A DNA stretch of 43,394 nucleotides from a bacterium. GTDB lineage: Bacteria > Eisenbacteria > RBG-16-71-46. How positions within the stretch are numbered: the first letter of the stretch is position 1; every line of letters starts with the position of its first letter. The translations under genes were made by a program, and so were the position numbers. Below the pieces are notes generated by a model, which was not told the origin of the DNA, made no database searches, and worked only from the letters and a program-made list of their open reading frames with translations. Positions 1 to 9,696 of the stretch are shown here, piece after piece. The DNA lies in NCBI GenBank assembly GCA_043779265.1, contig JAYWEM010000069.1:1-43394 (forward strand), written 5' to 3'.

Positions 1-78
1 GCTCCCGTGGCGGCTCCCGCCGCGCGGCCGCGATTCGCGCCGCTGTCTCCGCTGCGCCGACCCGAGGAGCCCCGCTGA
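1..78 (+). CDS. 3' end of an upstream gene (partial, unidentified)
   Basis: Frame 1 is open from base 1 to TGA 76-78, which overlaps the pgpA ATG (TGATG coupling). Too short to identify. Confidence 0.35.
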   Translation, partial: APVAAPAARPRFAPLSPLRRPEEPR

Positions 79-551
79 TGCGCGAACTGGGCAAGTGGCT
101 CGCCATGCTGGGCCCCGTCGGCCTGCTGCCGGGACCGCGCGCCACCTACGGCAGCGCCGTCGTCGCGGCGGTCGGCTACTTCCTGCCGGTGCCGAGCGTG
201 CCGGTGTTCGCGGCTCTGCTCATTCTCGGCACGCTGATCGCCGTGTGGGCCTCGGGCGAGGCGGAGCATTCGCTCGGGCACGACGCCAACCCGATCTGCA
301 TCGACGAGGCGATCGGCCAGACGCTGGCGCTGATCCTCGTGCCGCACACGCCGATCGCGTTCTTCGTCGCATTCCTGTTGTTCCGCATCTTCGACATCTG
401 GAAGCCGCTCGGCGCCCGTGAGATCCAGCATCTGCCGGGTGGATGGGGCGTCGTCGCCGACGATGTGATCGCCGGGATCGTGGCCTGCCTCGCATTCCAT
501 GGCCTCCGCTGGGGGCTCGTGCTCGGCGGATTGCCCGCCTGGCTCGGCTGA
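78..551 (+). CDS. pgpA: Phosphatidylglycerophosphatase A
   Basis: Motifs IDEAIG, FRIFDIWKP and GGWGVVADDVIAG; hydrophobic 157 aa; usual position upstream of cinA. Confidence 0.9.
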   Translation: MRELGKWLAMLGPVGLLPGPRATYGSAVVAAVGYFLPVPSVPVFAALLILGTLIAVWASGEAEHSLGHDANPICIDEAIGQTLALILVPHTPIAFFVAFLLFRIFDIWKPLGAREIQHLPGGWGVVADDVIAGIVACLAFHGLRWGLVLGGLPAWLG

Positions 552-573
552 TCGTCCGGGAGGGCTCTGCCTC

Positions 574-1647
574 GTGAACGCCGAACTCGACCGATTCGTC
601 CGTGACGCGCTCGCAGCCGGCGTCGCGCGAGAGAAGATCCGCGCCGAACTCGCGCGCGCCGGTTGGCGTGACGAGGAGGTGGAGGCCTCGCTCGCGGCCT
701 GGCTCGAGTCCGAGCTGCCGGTGCCGTTGCCCAGGCGCCGCGTGCAGGTGTCGGCGCGCGAGGCGTTCCTCTATCTGGTGCTGTTCGCGACGCTCTATGT
801 GGTCGCTTTCAACGCCGGAGCCGTCGGCTTCGCGCTCATCGAGCGCCTGCTGCCGGACCCCATGCACGCGCGCGCGTGGGACTCGGGACTCGCGAGGCTC
901 CGCTGGGCGGCGGCCTCCTTGCTCATCGCATTCCCGGTGTTCCTGCTGTGCTCGCGCATCGTGACGCGGGCGCTCGCCCACGAGCCCGAGAAGCGCACCA
1001 GCGGCGTGCGGCGCTGGCTCACCTATCTGACGCTGTTCCTCGCCGCGCTGGTGTTGATCGGCGATCTCGTGGTGCTGGTCTCCGGGCTGCTCTCGGGCGA
1101 GCTCACCTCTCTCTTCGTGCTGCGCGCTCTGGTCGTGTTCGTGATCGCCGGCATCGTGTTCGGCCATTACCTGCTCGACCTGCGCCGCGACGAGGACGAA
1201 TCGGGGGCGCCTCGCATGGCGTGGCTCGCGCGTGCCGGGGCGATCGGCGTCATCGCGGCGATCGTGGCGTCGCTCTGGATGGTGGGCTCGCCCGCCAAGG
1301 CGAGGACGCGCGAGATGGACCAGATGCGCCAGCGCGACCTGGCTCGGATCGCCGAGGTGCTGCGCACGCGCCAGATGGGGCGTCAGGCGATGCCGGAATC
1401 GCTCGAGCAGCTGCGGCTCGAGGAGTCCTCGGGCGACCTGCGAGTTCAGGATCCCGAGACCCACGCGATCTACGGCTATCAGGTGATCGACTCGGTCACG
1501 GTGCGCCTGTGCGCCGTGTTCGCGAGAGCGGATTCGGTGGGCCCGCATGGCGAGCAGGCACAGCCCTTCTGGCGACACGGCGACGGGGAGCACTGCTACG
1601 AGTTCCGCATCGACGGCCACGCGCCCATTCAGCCGTTCCTGCGCTGA
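574..1647 (+). CDS. DUF5671-like multi-pass membrane protein with a soluble C-terminal domain
   Basis: GTG start at 574 after GGGAGGG; AREAFLYLVLF, RRWLTYLTLF and IGDLV segments; several TM helices; C-terminal DP-x-T..YGY..LCAVF..W-x-H..C domain. Confidence 0.7.
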   Translation: MNAELDRFVRDALAAGVAREKIRAELARAGWRDEEVEASLAAWLESELPVPLPRRRVQVSAREAFLYLVLFATLYVVAFNAGAVGFALIERLLPDPMHARAWDSGLARLRWAAASLLIAFPVFLLCSRIVTRALAHEPEKRTSGVRRWLTYLTLFLAALVLIGDLVVLVSGLLSGELTSLFVLRALVVFVIAGIVFGHYLLDLRRDEDESGAPRMAWLARAGAIGVIAAIVASLWMVGSPAKARTREMDQMRQRDLARIAEVLRTRQMGRQAMPESLEQLRLEESSGDLRVQDPETHAIYGYQVIDSVTVRLCAVFARADSVGPHGEQAQPFWRHGDGEHCYEFRIDGHAPIQPFLR

Positions 1648-1736
1648 ACCCTGCCGCTTGCGCGCACCCTCGCGCTCCGTCACCGTGCTTCGCCACCCCC
1701 ACGCTCCCACCAACGCCCCTCGCCACCGAGCCCGCC

Positions 1737-2996
1737 ATGCGCATCGAGATCGTCACGATCGGGACCGAGATCCTCTCGGGCCGCACGTTCGATACCAACT
1801 TCGCCTTCCTCGCGCGTCTGCTCGAGGAGGCCAGCGTGCAGGTGGCGTGGCACACGACCGTCCCCGACACGCCCGAGGGGATCAGCGAGGGTCTCGGTCG
1901 CGCGCTCGAGCGATCGGAAGCGGTGATCGTGACGGGCGGCCTCGGGCCGACTCCCGATGACATCACGCGCAAGACCGTCGCGGGCCTGCTCGGGCGGCCG
2001 CTGCAGTTGGACGAGGCGACGCTCGAGCACATCCGGAGTCGCGGTCGCCGCTTGGGACGCAAGCTGCCGGCCACCGTCGAGACCATGGCGCTCGTGCCGA
2101 GAGGCGCCGAGCTGTGGCAGAACCCGGTCGGGGCGGCTCCCGGCATCCTGGTCGAGCACAAGGGCAAGCCGGTGATCCTGCTGCCCGGTGTGCCGCAGGA
2201 GATGGAGGCGATCGCGCGCGAGTACGTGGTGCCGTATCTGCGCGAACGCAGCGGCGTCGCGCTCGAGTGCTTCACGCTTCGAGTCTATGGCGTGTTCGAG
2301 AGCCAGCTCCACGAGCGGATCGGCACGCTGCCCGACTCGTGGCACGGCGCGTCGCTCGCCTACCTGCCCAGCTACTTCGGCGTCGATCTGCGCGTCATGA
2401 CGAGCGGCGCCAATCCGGTCGCGGTACACGAGGCCGCGATGCAGGCCCACCGAGACCTCCTGGCCCTGGTCGCACCGGTCGTCTACGCCGAGGGCACGCG
2501 CGGCATGGAGGAAGTGGTCGGCGATGCTCTGATCGCCCGCACGTGGCGGATTGCGACGGCCGAGTCCTGCACCGGCGGCCTGCTGACCAAGCGGCTCACC
2601 GATGTCGCCGGCTCCTCGCGCTATGTCGAGCGCGGCTTCGTCACCTACAGCAATGAGTCCAAACTGGAGCTGCTCGGCGTGGACCCGGCCGATCTGGCCG
2701 CCCACGGCGCCGTGAGCGCTCCGGTCGCCGAGCAGATGGCGCGAGGCGCTCGCGAGCGCTCGGGCGCCGAGGTCGGCGTCGCCATCACCGGCATCGCGGG
2801 GCCCGATGGCGGAAGCGAGGAGAAGCCGGTCGGCACGGTGTTCATCGCCATCAGCTCGCCGCTCGGCGACGTGGTGCGGCTGCTTCGCATGAGTGGCTCG
2901 CGCGCCGTGATCCGCGAGCGCAGCACGCAGACCGCGCTCGATCTGGTGCGGCGACAGCTCGCGGGTCTGCCGATCGACCCGAGCCTCGAGGGATGA
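1737..2996 (+). CDS. cinA: Competence/damage-inducible protein CinA (MoCF-like domain plus NMN deamidase PncC domain)
   Basis: Begins MRIEIVTIGTEILSG..DTN; GGLGPTPDDIT, LPGVPQEM, AESCTGG, GAVS and GIAGPDGG motifs. The real start is ATG 1737, not 876. Confidence 0.95.
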   Translation: MRIEIVTIGTEILSGRTFDTNFAFLARLLEEASVQVAWHTTVPDTPEGISEGLGRALERSEAVIVTGGLGPTPDDITRKTVAGLLGRPLQLDEATLEHIRSRGRRLGRKLPATVETMALVPRGAELWQNPVGAAPGILVEHKGKPVILLPGVPQEMEAIAREYVVPYLRERSGVALECFTLRVYGVFESQLHERIGTLPDSWHGASLAYLPSYFGVDLRVMTSGANPVAVHEAAMQAHRDLLALVAPVVYAEGTRGMEEVVGDALIARTWRIATAESCTGGLLTKRLTDVAGSSRYVERGFVTYSNESKLELLGVDPADLAAHGAVSAPVAEQMARGARERSGAEVGVAITGIAGPDGGSEEKPVGTVFIAISSPLGDVVRLLRMSGSRAVIRERSTQTALDLVRRQLAGLPIDPSLEG

Positions 2997-3580
2997 GCAT
3001 CGGGGCCGGCGGGGACGCTCGGCCGCGCCGATTGTTCCTCGCCGTCTTCCCGCTGCCCGATGTGCAGGCGAACGTGCACCGTGTCACCGCGCCGCTTCGA
3101 GCAGCCGAGGGCGGGCTCGGCGTGTCGTGGGTGCGCGAGTCGAATCTGCACTTCACCCTGCGATTCCTGGGCGACTGCGAAGCCACGGTGGCCGAAGCCG
3201 CCACGGCCGCGATGCAGGAGGCTGCCTCGGGCCATACGCCGTTCGAAGTCCGGCTCGGCGCATTGGGCGCCTTTCCCGATGCAATGCGCGCCCGCGTGCT
3301 GTGGGCGGGGCTCGAGGTGGGCGAGGCGCGCCTCGGATCCTTGGCCGAGTCGCTCGCCGAATCGCTCGAGCGTCGCGGTTTCCCGCGCGAGTCGCGGCCG
3401 TTCGCACCGCATCTGACACTGGGCCGCGTTCGCGAACCCGAGGACTGGTCAGGAGCGCTGCAGCGCCAGCCACCGCTCGGCATCTCGTTCGACGTGACGC
3501 AGTTGCTCCTGGTGGACAGCACGCTGCTGCCCGGGGGTTCTCGCTACGGCGTTGCGGCGCGGGCGAAGCTGGCGGGTTGA
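2993..3580 (+). CDS. thpR: RNA 2',3'-cyclic phosphodiesterase (2H family)
   Basis: Two HxT motifs (LHFTLRFLG, PHLTLGR), RLFLA N-terminus; 4-bp overlap with cinA. Confidence 0.93.
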   Translation: MSIGAGGDARPRRLFLAVFPLPDVQANVHRVTAPLRAAEGGLGVSWVRESNLHFTLRFLGDCEATVAEAATAAMQEAASGHTPFEVRLGALGAFPDAMRARVLWAGLEVGEARLGSLAESLAESLERRGFPRESRPFAPHLTLGRVREPEDWSGALQRQPPLGISFDVTQLLLVDSTLLPGGSRYGVAARAKLAG

Positions 3581-3588
3581 GTGGGCGG

Positions 3589-3708
3589 CTGCAGCGGTGG
3601 ACAGCGCTTGTCCTTGCAGAGCGCGTCAAGCATCCGGGCTCGGAGCCCGATGTTCGCAGAGGCCTGACGACGAGCGCTCGAACAGTCTTGACGCGGCCGC
3701 CGCTGCAG
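3589..3708. repeat. Nested inverted-repeat element (multi-stem structure)
   Basis: CTGCAGCGGTGG 3589-3600 pairs with CCGCCGCTGCAG 3697-3708 (one G-U); CGCGTCAAG 3622-3630 pairs with CTTGACGCG 3687-3695; inner hairpins CGGGCT/AGCCCG and TGTTCG/CGAACA. Confidence 0.6.
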
Positions 3709-3749
3709 GTCGATGGTGGGGGTGCAGGCCAATCCAGGAGCCCTCCCCG

Positions 3750-4172
3750 ATGAGAACGACGCTCGGATCTCGCGTGATGATGGCCATCTTCCTCGCGGTG
3801 CTGTTGCCGCTGGAGCTGGGCCAGTGCGCGTTCCTGATGCCGCTGCGTGCGATGGCCCTGGCCACCGCGGGCGCGCCGCACACCAGCAGTGAGCACTCCT
3901 GCTGCGAGGGTGCTTCGACCACTCCGGCAGCCCCCACGAGTGGTGCTCCCTGTTGTGAGTACACGCCGCTGCCCGCCATGACAGCCGCGTCCACCCAGTT
4001 CGCGCCCGGATCGTCGGTGAGCGAACTCCAGCTCGCCGTGCAGCCCGAGGCGATCGGCTCGATCTCGACACAGGGCTCGTTCATCGGGCTCCGTACGACT
4101 GCGAGCCCCGGTGCGCCTCCCGGCGTCGCGATCCGATCGACCTCGCCACGCGGGCCGCCTGACTCCGCCTAG
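3750..4172 (+). CDS. Small exported Cys-pair protein with C-terminal RGPP; candidate DUF2946/CutF/CruR-like ribosome-arrest leader
   Basis: AGGAG SD at 3736-3740; 140 aa; N-terminal hydrophobic segment, HSCC and PCC motifs, ends SPRGPPDSA; first gene of the copper cluster. Confidence 0.7.
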   Translation: MRTTLGSRVMMAIFLAVLLPLELGQCAFLMPLRAMALATAGAPHTSSEHSCCEGASTTPAAPTSGAPCCEYTPLPAMTAASTQFAPGSSVSELQLAVQPEAIGSISTQGSFIGLRTTASPGAPPGVAIRSTSPRGPPDSA

Positions 4173-4353
4173 CGCTCCGCTTCGGCTCCGTTGGGGTCGA
4201 TGGGTTGCCGTCCGAGCCACGCGAGCGCATGCCGGGTGTCCGATTCCCCGGCCGGAAGTTCGAACTGCGCCCGACCGACTCGACTCAGCGTGAGCCTTGC
4301 CTGCCGATGCGTCGGTGAAGCGGTGAGGCAACCCCCTCATGAAGGAGTGTCCG

Positions 4354-4731
4354 ATGAGAACCATCCGAAGGAACATCGTCGCCGCCATCGCCCTGCTCGG
4401 AGTCCTGGCCTCCGGTGCCGCTTTCGGAAGCGGCAAGGGCGAGGCGAAGAAGCGCAAGGGCGTGAAGCCCCAGGAGATCCACGTCACGGTCACCGAGTCG
4501 GGCTTCGAACCGCCGTCGATCGCGATCGAGAAGAACGTGCCGATCATGCTCGTGATCACTCGCAAGACCGATCGGACCTGCGCCCGGCAGGCGGTGTTCG
4601 CTGCACTCGACAAGTCCGTGGACCTGCCACTCGACAAGACCGTTCGGATCGCGCTGCCGGCGCAGTCCAAGGGCAAGCTGTCCTATGCCTGCAGCATGGA
4701 CATGCTGCGCGGTGAGCTGGTCATCCAGTGA
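4354..4731 (+). CDS. Exported cupredoxin-domain protein (CupA/EfeO-type cupredoxin)
   Basis: GAAGGAG SD; signal peptide; GFEPPSI, an upstream Cys (RTCA) and YACSMDMLRG copper-ligand motif. Confidence 0.85.
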   Translation: MRTIRRNIVAAIALLGVLASGAAFGSGKGEAKKRKGVKPQEIHVTVTESGFEPPSIAIEKNVPIMLVITRKTDRTCARQAVFAALDKSVDLPLDKTVRIALPAQSKGKLSYACSMDMLRGELVIQ

Positions 4732-6014
4732 AAGCGGCCCTGCTGCTCGCATGGATCCCGTTCCTGGTGCTCGGTGCGCTCGCCTCTCCGGAGGCGGGTG
4801 CCGCCGGGGCCGAGCAGTTGCTCATGCTGCCGACGCCCAAGGCGATCAAGTCGCCGGCGGGCGCTGGCAGCCGTGTCCCCGATCTCTCCGTTCGTGCCAA
4901 CGGCCGTGTGCTCATGAGTTGGATCGAGCCTTCGGCAGCCGACAAGGGTAGCGAGCGCATGACGCTTCACTGCGCCACGCTCGATGCCGGAAGGTGGTCC
5001 GCGAAATCGACCATCGCGACCGGTGACTCGTTCTTCGTCAACTGGGCGGACTTCCCCAGCGTGCGTGCGCTCGAGGGCGATCGCCTTGCGGCGCACTGGC
5101 TGTGGCGAAGCGGTGAGGGCACCTACGCCTACGATGTCCGCATCGCGCAATCGGACGACGACGGTCGCAGCTGGAGCGTCCCACTGACGCCGCACCGCGA
5201 CGAGACCCAGAGCGAGCATGGGTTCGTCTCGCTCGTCGCCGACCGAGGCGGTGCGCAGGCGATCTGGCTGGATGGTCGCAACACGGTGGGTCGAGAGCAC
5301 GGTGAGGCGGGTCCTGGCCCGGAGATGGCGCTGCGGGTGGCCAAAGTGACGCCCGAGGGTCGACTTCTGGACGAGGCGCAGCTCGACGAGCGCGTCTGCG
5401 ATTGCTGCCAGACCGCCGCGGTGATGACCGATCGCGGGCTGCTCGTGGCGTATCGCGATCGCAGTCCGGGTGAGATCCGCGACATCAGCGTGGTCCGCGG
5501 GGAGGGCGGGAAGTGGACCGAGCCTCGTGCCGTGCATGCCGACGAGTGGCACATTCCCGGGTGTCCCGTGAACGGCCCCTCGCTCGTGGCCGAAGGTTCG
5601 CAGGTCGCGATCCTCTGGTACACGGCGGCTCGCGACACTCCGCGTGTGCACGCCGCGTTCTCGGATGATGCGGGCGACTCCTTCGGCCCGCCCATGCAGG
5701 TCGATGGTGGTGACCCACTCGGGCGAGTGCATGTCGCGATGCTGGCGGATGGCTCGATCGTGACGACCTGGCTCGAGGTCAGCGGTCGTGACGCGCTCAT
5801 CCAGGCGCGGCGCATCGCGCGTGACGGGCAGCGCGGCCCGGCGATCACCGTGTCGCGCACGTCCGCCAAGCGCGCGAGCGGCTTCCCGCGCGTCGTCCAG
5901 AGCGGCGGCGCGCTCTACTTCGCATGGACCGAGGCGGGGGAGCGACCACGTGTGCGGCTGGCGATGATCCCGAAGAAGGCGATCCCGGTCGCAACAGCAG
6001 GAGACACGAGATGA
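4728..6014 (+). CDS. Exported BNR/Asp-box (sialidase-fold) protein with Cys motifs
   Basis: Signal peptide; Asp-boxes SDDDGRSW and [21 protein letters not shown] and GCPVNGP motifs. Confidence 0.8.
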   Translation: MKAALLLAWIPFLVLGALASPEAGAAGAEQLLMLPTPKAIKSPAGAGSRVPDLSVRANGRVLMSWIEPSAADKGSERMTLHCATLDAGRWSAKSTIATGDSFFVNWADFPSVRALEGDRLAAHWLWRSGEGTYAYDVRIAQSDDDGRSWSVPLTPHRDETQSEHGFVSLVADRGGAQAIWLDGRNTVGREHGEAGPGPEMALRVAKVTPEGRLLDEAQLDERVCDCCQTAAVMTDRGLLVAYRDRSPGEIRDISVVRGEGGKWTEPRAVHADEWHIPGCPVNGPSLVAEGSQVAILWYTAARDTPRVHAAFSDDAGDSFGPPMQVDGGDPLGRVHVAMLADGSIVTTWLEVSGRDALIQARRIARDGQRGPAITVSRTSAKRASGFPRVVQSGGALYFAWTEAGERPRVRLAMIPKKAIPVATAGDTR

Positions 6015-8398
6015 ACGAGACCGCTGCTCCTCCGACGTTCCGGGACCCCGTCTGCGGCATGACCGTCGCCGAGGGCTCTCCGCACCGCCACGAGCACGAG
6101 GGACAGACGCACCGCTTCTGCAGCGCGAGCTGCCTCGCCAAGCTCAAGGCCGACCCGGCGCGCTACTCCGCGCAAGGAGGCGCCAGTGCTGCCGCGCCCG
6201 CTGCGCCCGCTGCGCCCGCCGCGCCCGCCGCGCCCGCCGCGCCAAGCCCGAACCCTGCAGCGGCGATGGCGACCACGGCGGCGATCCACACCTGCCCGAT
6301 GCATCCCGAAGTTCGCCAGCAAGGCCCCGGCTCGTGCCCCATCTGCGGCATGGCGCTCGAGCCGCTCGAGGTCTCCCTCGAGGAGGAGGAGAACCACGAG
6401 CTGACCGACATGACGAGGCGATTCTGGGTGTCCACTGCGCTCTCGGTCCCCCTCGTCGCGCTTGCCATGGGTGACATGCTCCCCGGTTCGCCCATCGCAG
6501 GTGTGCTGCCCGCGGGATCGCGGGGCTGGTTCGAGTTGCTCCTCGCCACCCCCGTCTGCACGTGGGCCGCCTGGCCGTTCTATGTGCGCGGCGTGCAGTC
6601 CGTGATCCGCAAGAGCCTCAACATGTTCACGTTGATCGCGCTCGGCGTGTCGGTCGCCTTCGTCTACAGCCTCATCGCCGCCCTGCTGCCCGACCTCTTC
6701 CCCAGCGGCTTCCGTGGCGTGCACGGCGAGGTGCCGGTCTACTTCGAGGCGGCCGCCGTCGTCACCACGCTGATCCTGCTCGGGCAGGTGCTCGAACTGC
6801 GCGCGCGCAGCCAGACCGGCAGCGCCATCCGCAAGCTGCTCTCTTTGGCGGCGACCTCCGCCCTGCGCATCGAGGCCGATGGCCACGAGGCCGACGTGGC
6901 ACTCGAGGACGTGCGTGTGGGAGACCGGCTTCGCGTGCGGCCGGGCGAGAAGGTTCCCGTGGATGGCGAGGTGCTCGAGGGCACCAGCTCGATCGATGAG
7001 TCCATGGTCTCGGGCGAGGCGATCCCCGTCGAGAAGTCCGCGGGGGACCGAGTCGTCGGCGCGACGATCAATGGCACCGGCGCGCTGGTGATGCGCGCCG
7101 AGAAGGTGGGCGCCGACACGCTGCTTTCGCGGATCGTGAAGATGGTCGGTGATGCGCAGCGCAGCAGAGCCCCGATCCAGCGCCTCGCCGACGTCGTCTC
7201 CGGCTGGTTCGTCCCGATCGTCGTGGTGATCGCGGGGGCGGCGTTCGTGGTGTGGTCCATGGTCGGGCCCGAGCCTCGGCTCGCGCACGCGCTCATCAAC
7301 GCCGTCGCCGTGCTCATCATCGCCTGCCCGTGCGCGCTGGGGCTCGCGACGCCCATGTCGATCATGGTCGCCACCGGACGCGGGGCCTCGATGGGGGTGC
7401 TGTTCCGCAATGCCGAGGCGATCGAGACCCTTCGCAAGGTCGACACGCTGGTCGTGGACAAGACCGGCACGCTCACCGAGGGCAGGCCAAAGCTCGCGCG
7501 GATCATCGTCTCGGAGGGCTTCAGCGAGGAGATGGTGCTGCGACTCGCGGCGAGCCTCGAGCGAGGCAGCGAGCACCCGCTGGCCGAAGCGATCGTGGCG
7601 GGAGCCACCGAGCGATCGCTCGTGCTCGCGAACGCCGCCCATTTCCAGAGCGTGACCGGCAAGGGTGTCCACGGCATGGTCGAGAATCACCGCGTCGCAC
7701 TGGGCAATCGCGTGTTCATGGACGATCTGGGCGTGGCGCTGGGCGATCACGCAGCGCTGGCCGACCCGATGCGCGAGGAAGGACAGACGGTGATGTTCGT
7801 GGCCGTCGATGGCCGGCTCGCGGGACTGATCGGCGTCGCCGATCCCGTCAAAGCGAGCACGCCCGAAGCGATCCGCAGCCTGCACGCGGAGAACATCCGA
7901 ATCGTGATGCTGACCGGGGACAACCAGATCACCGCCGAGGCAGTCGCAAGACGCCTCGGGATCGATGACGTGATCGCCGATGTGCTCCCCGATCAGAAGG
8001 TGGAAGTCGTGCGCCGGCTCCAGTCGGGGGGGCGTTTCGTGGCGATGGCGGGCGATGGGATCAACGACGCGCCGGCGCTGGCGCAGGCGCAAGTGGGCAT
8101 CGCCATGGGCACCGGCACCGACGTCGCCATGGAGAGCGCGTCGGTGACGCTCGTGAAGGGCGACCTGCGCGGCATCCTCCGGGCGCGCGAGCTGAGCCGG
8201 CACACCATGGCCAACATCCGGCAGAACCTGTTCTTCGCGTTCATCTACAACGCGCTCGGTGTTCCGATCGCCGCTGGCGTGTTGTACCCCGCGTTCGGGC
8301 TGCTGCTGAGCCCGATGATCGCCGCGGCGGCCATGAGCTTCAGCTCGGTGTCGGTGATCGCCAACTCGCTTCGGCTGCGCTCGAAGAGGATCGCATGA
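6011..8398 (+). CDS. copA: Cu(I)-translocating P1B-type ATPase with YHS and heavy-metal-binding domains
   Basis: [61 protein letters not shown] and MSFSS motifs. ATG 6011 overlaps the upstream stop. Confidence 0.93.
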   Translation: MNETAAPPTFRDPVCGMTVAEGSPHRHEHEGQTHRFCSASCLAKLKADPARYSAQGGASAAAPAAPAAPAAPAAPAAPSPNPAAAMATTAAIHTCPMHPEVRQQGPGSCPICGMALEPLEVSLEEEENHELTDMTRRFWVSTALSVPLVALAMGDMLPGSPIAGVLPAGSRGWFELLLATPVCTWAAWPFYVRGVQSVIRKSLNMFTLIALGVSVAFVYSLIAALLPDLFPSGFRGVHGEVPVYFEAAAVVTTLILLGQVLELRARSQTGSAIRKLLSLAATSALRIEADGHEADVALEDVRVGDRLRVRPGEKVPVDGEVLEGTSSIDESMVSGEAIPVEKSAGDRVVGATINGTGALVMRAEKVGADTLLSRIVKMVGDAQRSRAPIQRLADVVSGWFVPIVVVIAGAAFVVWSMVGPEPRLAHALINAVAVLIIACPCALGLATPMSIMVATGRGASMGVLFRNAEAIETLRKVDTLVVDKTGTLTEGRPKLARIIVSEGFSEEMVLRLAASLERGSEHPLAEAIVAGATERSLVLANAAHFQSVTGKGVHGMVENHRVALGNRVFMDDLGVALGDHAALADPMREEGQTVMFVAVDGRLAGLIGVADPVKASTPEAIRSLHAENIRIVMLTGDNQITAEAVARRLGIDDVIADVLPDQKVEVVRRLQSGGRFVAMAGDGINDAPALAQAQVGIAMGTGTDVAMESASVTLVKGDLRGILRARELSRHTMANIRQNLFFAFIYNALGVPIAAGVLYPAFGLLLSPMIAAAAMSFSSVSVIANSLRLRSKRIA
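6191..6243 (+). repeat. 9-bp tandem repeat encoding an (Ala-Ala-Pro)n linker in CopA
   Basis: About six copies of GCY-GCG-CCC between the YHS and HMBD domains. Confidence 0.8.
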
Positions 8399-9696
8399 GA
8401 CGCACGCTCGCACCGACCGGGTTCCTGGCACTGGCGGCGATGCTGGCGCTGGCGCCGCACGAGGCGCGGGCAGTGAGCCTCGAATCGGTTTGGCGCGAGG
8501 TGGCGACGGCCAATCCGACGCTGGCGAGTCGGCGTGCCCGCGTCGAGGCGATGCGCCATCGCGTGGCTCCCGCGGGTGCGTGGGCGTCGCCGATGGTCGA
8601 GATCGGCGCGCTCAACGTGCCCACCAACGGCCGGTTCGACATGGAACCGATGACCATGAAGATGCTCGGTGTGTCGCAGAGCGTGCCGGTGTTCGGGGCG
8701 AACCGGCTCCGGCGAAGCGCGGCCCAGGCGGCGGCGAGTGCCGAGTCCGCCGGCCTCGAGATGGCGAACGTGGAGCTGTTCGCCATGGCTTGGGCGGCCT
8801 ACTCCGATGCCTATCACGCAGCACGGCTCGTCTCGGCGAGCCGCACGCACGAGATCGAGATGGCCCAACTGGTGCTGGCGGCCCGGGCCCGCTATCGGAG
8901 CAGCAGCGGTCGGCTCGACGATGTGCTGCGTGCCGAGGCCGAGCAGGCGAGGACGCTCTCGGATCGCGCGGCGTACGAAGGGGAGTGGTCGGGCGCTCAG
9001 GCACGCCTCGCCGCGCTCATGGGGCGCGCCTCGGCGCTGCTCGCCGACTCGCTCGAGGCGCTGCCCTCTGCTCCGGCGACCGGCGAGCTGACCGCCTATC
9101 TGGCCGCGGTGGACGAGCATCACCCGAGGCTGCGTGAGCTGCGCACGCAGCGCGACGGCTATCGACTCTCAGCGCGCGCCGCGCGCCGCATGGCGTGGCC
9201 CGACCTGCAGCTCGGCGTCTCCTACGGCATGCGCGAGCCCATCATGGGCGAGGCGCAGGACAACATGTGGTCAGCGATGCTCGGCTTCATGCTCCCGGTG
9301 TTCGCCGGACAACGCGAGTTCTCCGAGGCCGCTGAGATGGAGGCGATGGCGCGGGCCGCCGAGGCCGAGCTGCAGGCGGCGACACTCGACCTGCAGCAGC
9401 AGGCGCGCGCGCTGCATGCGCGCGCGCTCTCGGGCGCCCGCATGGTTTCGCTCCTCGCCGACACGGTCGTCACGACGCAGCGCCGCGCCGTCGCCGCCTC
9501 CTGGAGTGCCTATCAGGCGGGCGGCACCGACCTGTGGCGCGTGTTCGAAGCCACCCACGCGCTCTACGGCGAGGAAGTCGCGCTGATCCGCGCCCGGCAG
9601 GGCCTGGCACGCAGCGAGGCCAGCCTGCTCGCGGTCACCGCACGCGCCGAGCTGTTCGGACTCGCATTCCCACCGATCGAGAGGAGTGGTCCATGA
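8395..9696 (+). CDS. TolC-family outer membrane factor (CusC-like position)
   Basis: Signal peptide, ANPTL and HPRL repeats, [10 protein letters not shown], long Ala-rich helices, Met-rich; directly upstream of adaptor and RND pump. Confidence 0.87.
   Translation: MRRTLAPTGFLALAAMLALAPHEARAVSLESVWREVATANPTLASRRARVEAMRHRVAPAGAWASPMVEIGALNVPTNGRFDMEPMTMKMLGVSQSVPVFGANRLRRSAAQAAASAESAGLEMANVELFAMAWAAYSDAYHAARLVSASRTHEIEMAQLVLAARARYRSSSGRLDDVLRAEAEQARTLSDRAAYEGEWSGAQARLAALMGRASALLADSLEALPSAPATGELTAYLAAVDEHHPRLRELRTQRDGYRLSARAARRMAWPDLQLGVSYGMREPIMGEAQDNMWSAMLGFMLPVFAGQREFSEAAEMEAMARAAEAELQAATLDLQQQARALHARALSGARMVSLLADTVVTTQRRAVAASWSAYQAGGTDLWRVFEATHALYGEEVALIRARQGLARSEASLLAVTARAELFGLAFPPIERSGP

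Noticed and set aside
876..1736. Apparent N-terminal extensions in the ORF track for cinA (and likewise cusA, cusB, ispE, gmhA, rmlA and the LpoA-like gene)
   Set aside because: The extensions overlap upstream genes; family N-termini and SD or stop/start overlaps point to later starts.
6191..6243. Tandem repeats as a CRISPR array or phase-variation site (also the poly-Gly codons near 38008-38037)
   Set aside because: In-frame low-complexity linkers without spacers; no cas genes in the window.
8026..8032. G7 run in copA (another G7 near 26560)
   Set aside because: Short; in frame within an intact gene, or intergenic.
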